Shown here: piece by piece, positions 63,314-64,000 of the stretch | Layout: the number at the start of each line of letters is the position of its first letter | Position numbering within the stretch: position 1 is the stretch's first letter | Source: Candidatus Iainarchaeum sp. | GTDB lineage: Archaea > Micrarchaeota > Micrarchaeia > Anstonellales > Bilamarchaeaceae | NCBI GenBank assembly: GCA_028686985.1 | Contig: JAQUBA010000001.1 | Location: forward strand, 81,194-145,193 | DNA: 64,000 nt | Direction: 5' to 3' | Program-made: the position numbers and the translations under genes | The notes under the pieces: model-generated | Told to the model about the DNA's origin: nothing | The model's input: only the letters and a program-made list of their open reading frames with translations | The model's database searches: none

Positions 63314-63886
63314 TCAAATCCCCAGAACCTTCTTTAAATCTATCTCCCCGGGCTTCACGATTATGGTCCGGACCTCGGCCGCCTTCCCCGCGCCCTCGTC
63401 CGTGCAGCTGTCCCCGACCATTATCGTGTCGTCGCGGGAAAAGCGAAGCTCGTCCATTATGCTGAAGAGCATGTCGGGGTGCGGCTTCGCCTTCTTCACC
63501 GTGTCGCGGCCGCGCACCGCATCAACCTCAATGCCGGCGGCCTCCAGGGCGCCCTGTATGAGCTGCAAAGTGTTGTTTGAGGCAATCGCCACCTTGTGCC
63601 CCCTCTTCCTCAACTCCCTCAATATCCCGCTTGCCTGCGCATAGATGGAGAACTCGCCGTTCCCCAGGCATGCGCCCTCGTATTTCCAGAATATGCCGTC
63701 CACGGCCTTCTTCCTCTCGGCGGTGTTGGACGCATTCTCGCTCACAAGGACTATGTCCTCGGACGGGTCCAGCTTCAGCCCGTCCTTCTCCATGCATTCC
63801 AGGATTTCCCTCTTCACGGCCCCGTTCCAGTCTATCCAGAGGTGGATGAGGGTGTCGTCCAAATCAAATACGAACAGCTTCGGCAT
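63314..63886 (-). CDS. HAD-superfamily phosphatase (phosphoglycolate phosphatase-like)
   Basis: MPKLFVFDLDDTLI (DxDxT), ASNN, MVGDSCTDEGA. The track start (63913) would overlap the adjacent tRNA. Confidence 0.8.
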   Translation of the reverse strand: MPKLFVFDLDDTLIHLWIDWNGAVKREILECMEKDGLKLDPSEDIVLVSENASNTAERKKAVDGIFWKYEGACLGNGEFSIYAQASGILRELRKRGHKVAIASNNTLQLIQGALEAAGIEVDAVRGRDTVKKAKPHPDMLFSIMDELRFSRDDTIMVGDSCTDEGAGKAAEVRTIIVKPGEIDLKKVLGI

Positions 63887-63904
63887 TAGCATCACGAATG
63901 GGAA

Positions 63905-64000
63905 TGGGCCCATGGAGATTTGAACTCCAGACCTACGGCTGTCTTAGAACCTGTTGTATTAGAGCAGGCCATATAAGACCGTCGCTCTAACCAGCCTGAG
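63905..64000 (-). tRNA. tRNA-Ile (anticodon UAU) with a 31-nt canonical 37/38 intron; 5' end (about 10 nt) truncated by the window edge
   Basis: Reverse complement ...CTCAGGCTGGTTAGAGCG-ACGGT-CTTATA[TGGCCTGCTCTAATACAACAGGTTCTAAGAC]A-GCCGT-AGGTC-TGGAGTTCAAATCTCCA-TGGGCCC-A. Intron 63941..63971; anticodon at 63973..63975. Confidence 0.75.

Overview
The window is an archaeal chromosome fragment. It is densely coded, with about 80 genes, many 1-11 nt start/stop overlaps, and TATA/BRE-like boxes 25-35 nt upstream of start codons, so many mRNAs are probably leaderless. By eye it is about 58-60% G+C, except for one low-GC patch at about 34.26-35.53 kb. Archaeal identity rests on PriS/PriL primase, Pus10, aTrm56, archaeal D-aminoacyl-tRNA deacylase, deoxyhypusine synthase, DRG GTPase, ribosomal protein eL41, the thiolase/HMG-CoA synthase/DUF35 operon, and two intron-containing tRNAs with bulge-helix-bulge (BHB) splice motifs. 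A tRNA-Ile(UAU), heavy ATA/AGG codon use and an unlinked 5S rRNA are compatible with a small-genome (DPANN-like) lineage, but I cannot assign taxonomy from this window.

Layout:
- 1-24.4 kb: a surface-glycan island. It has a PseB/PseC/PseI/PseH pseudaminic-acid block, a second NeuB paralogue with cytidylyltransferase, aminotransferase and oxidoreductase, a PseA/WbpG-type amidotransferase with HisH/HisF paralogues, RmlC/RmlD-like enzymes, a radical SAM/SPASM enzyme, four glycosyltransferases, two KpsS-like paralogues, a GT-C-like membrane protein, an epimerase and a hexosamine mutase.
- 24.4-28.3 kb: an unannotated eL41 gene, then two extremely cysteine-rich surface proteins. One is a lipoprotein with ten 4-Cys repeats. 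The other is membrane-anchored and has ten knottin-spaced 6-Cys modules.
- 28.3-48.4 kb: housekeeping genes, a serA / class-V aminotransferase / ParB-fold (SerK-like) operon, a low-GC ParA-like insertion next to tRNA-Arg(CCU), a large VirB11/FlaI-family ATPase and a prepilin peptidase.
- 48.5-51.2 kb: an AbrB-like gene followed by four tightly coupled paralogous genes of unknown function that share a conserved junction motif.
- 51.3-64 kb: mixed housekeeping genes, adjacent PriL/PriS, a stand-alone 5S rRNA, tRNA-Gln(CUG) with a non-canonical intron, and a truncated intron-containing tRNA-Ile(UAU).

I found no CRISPR array, transposase, integrase or recognisable defence system. Every family assignment comes from motif recognition by eye, and no database search was run.
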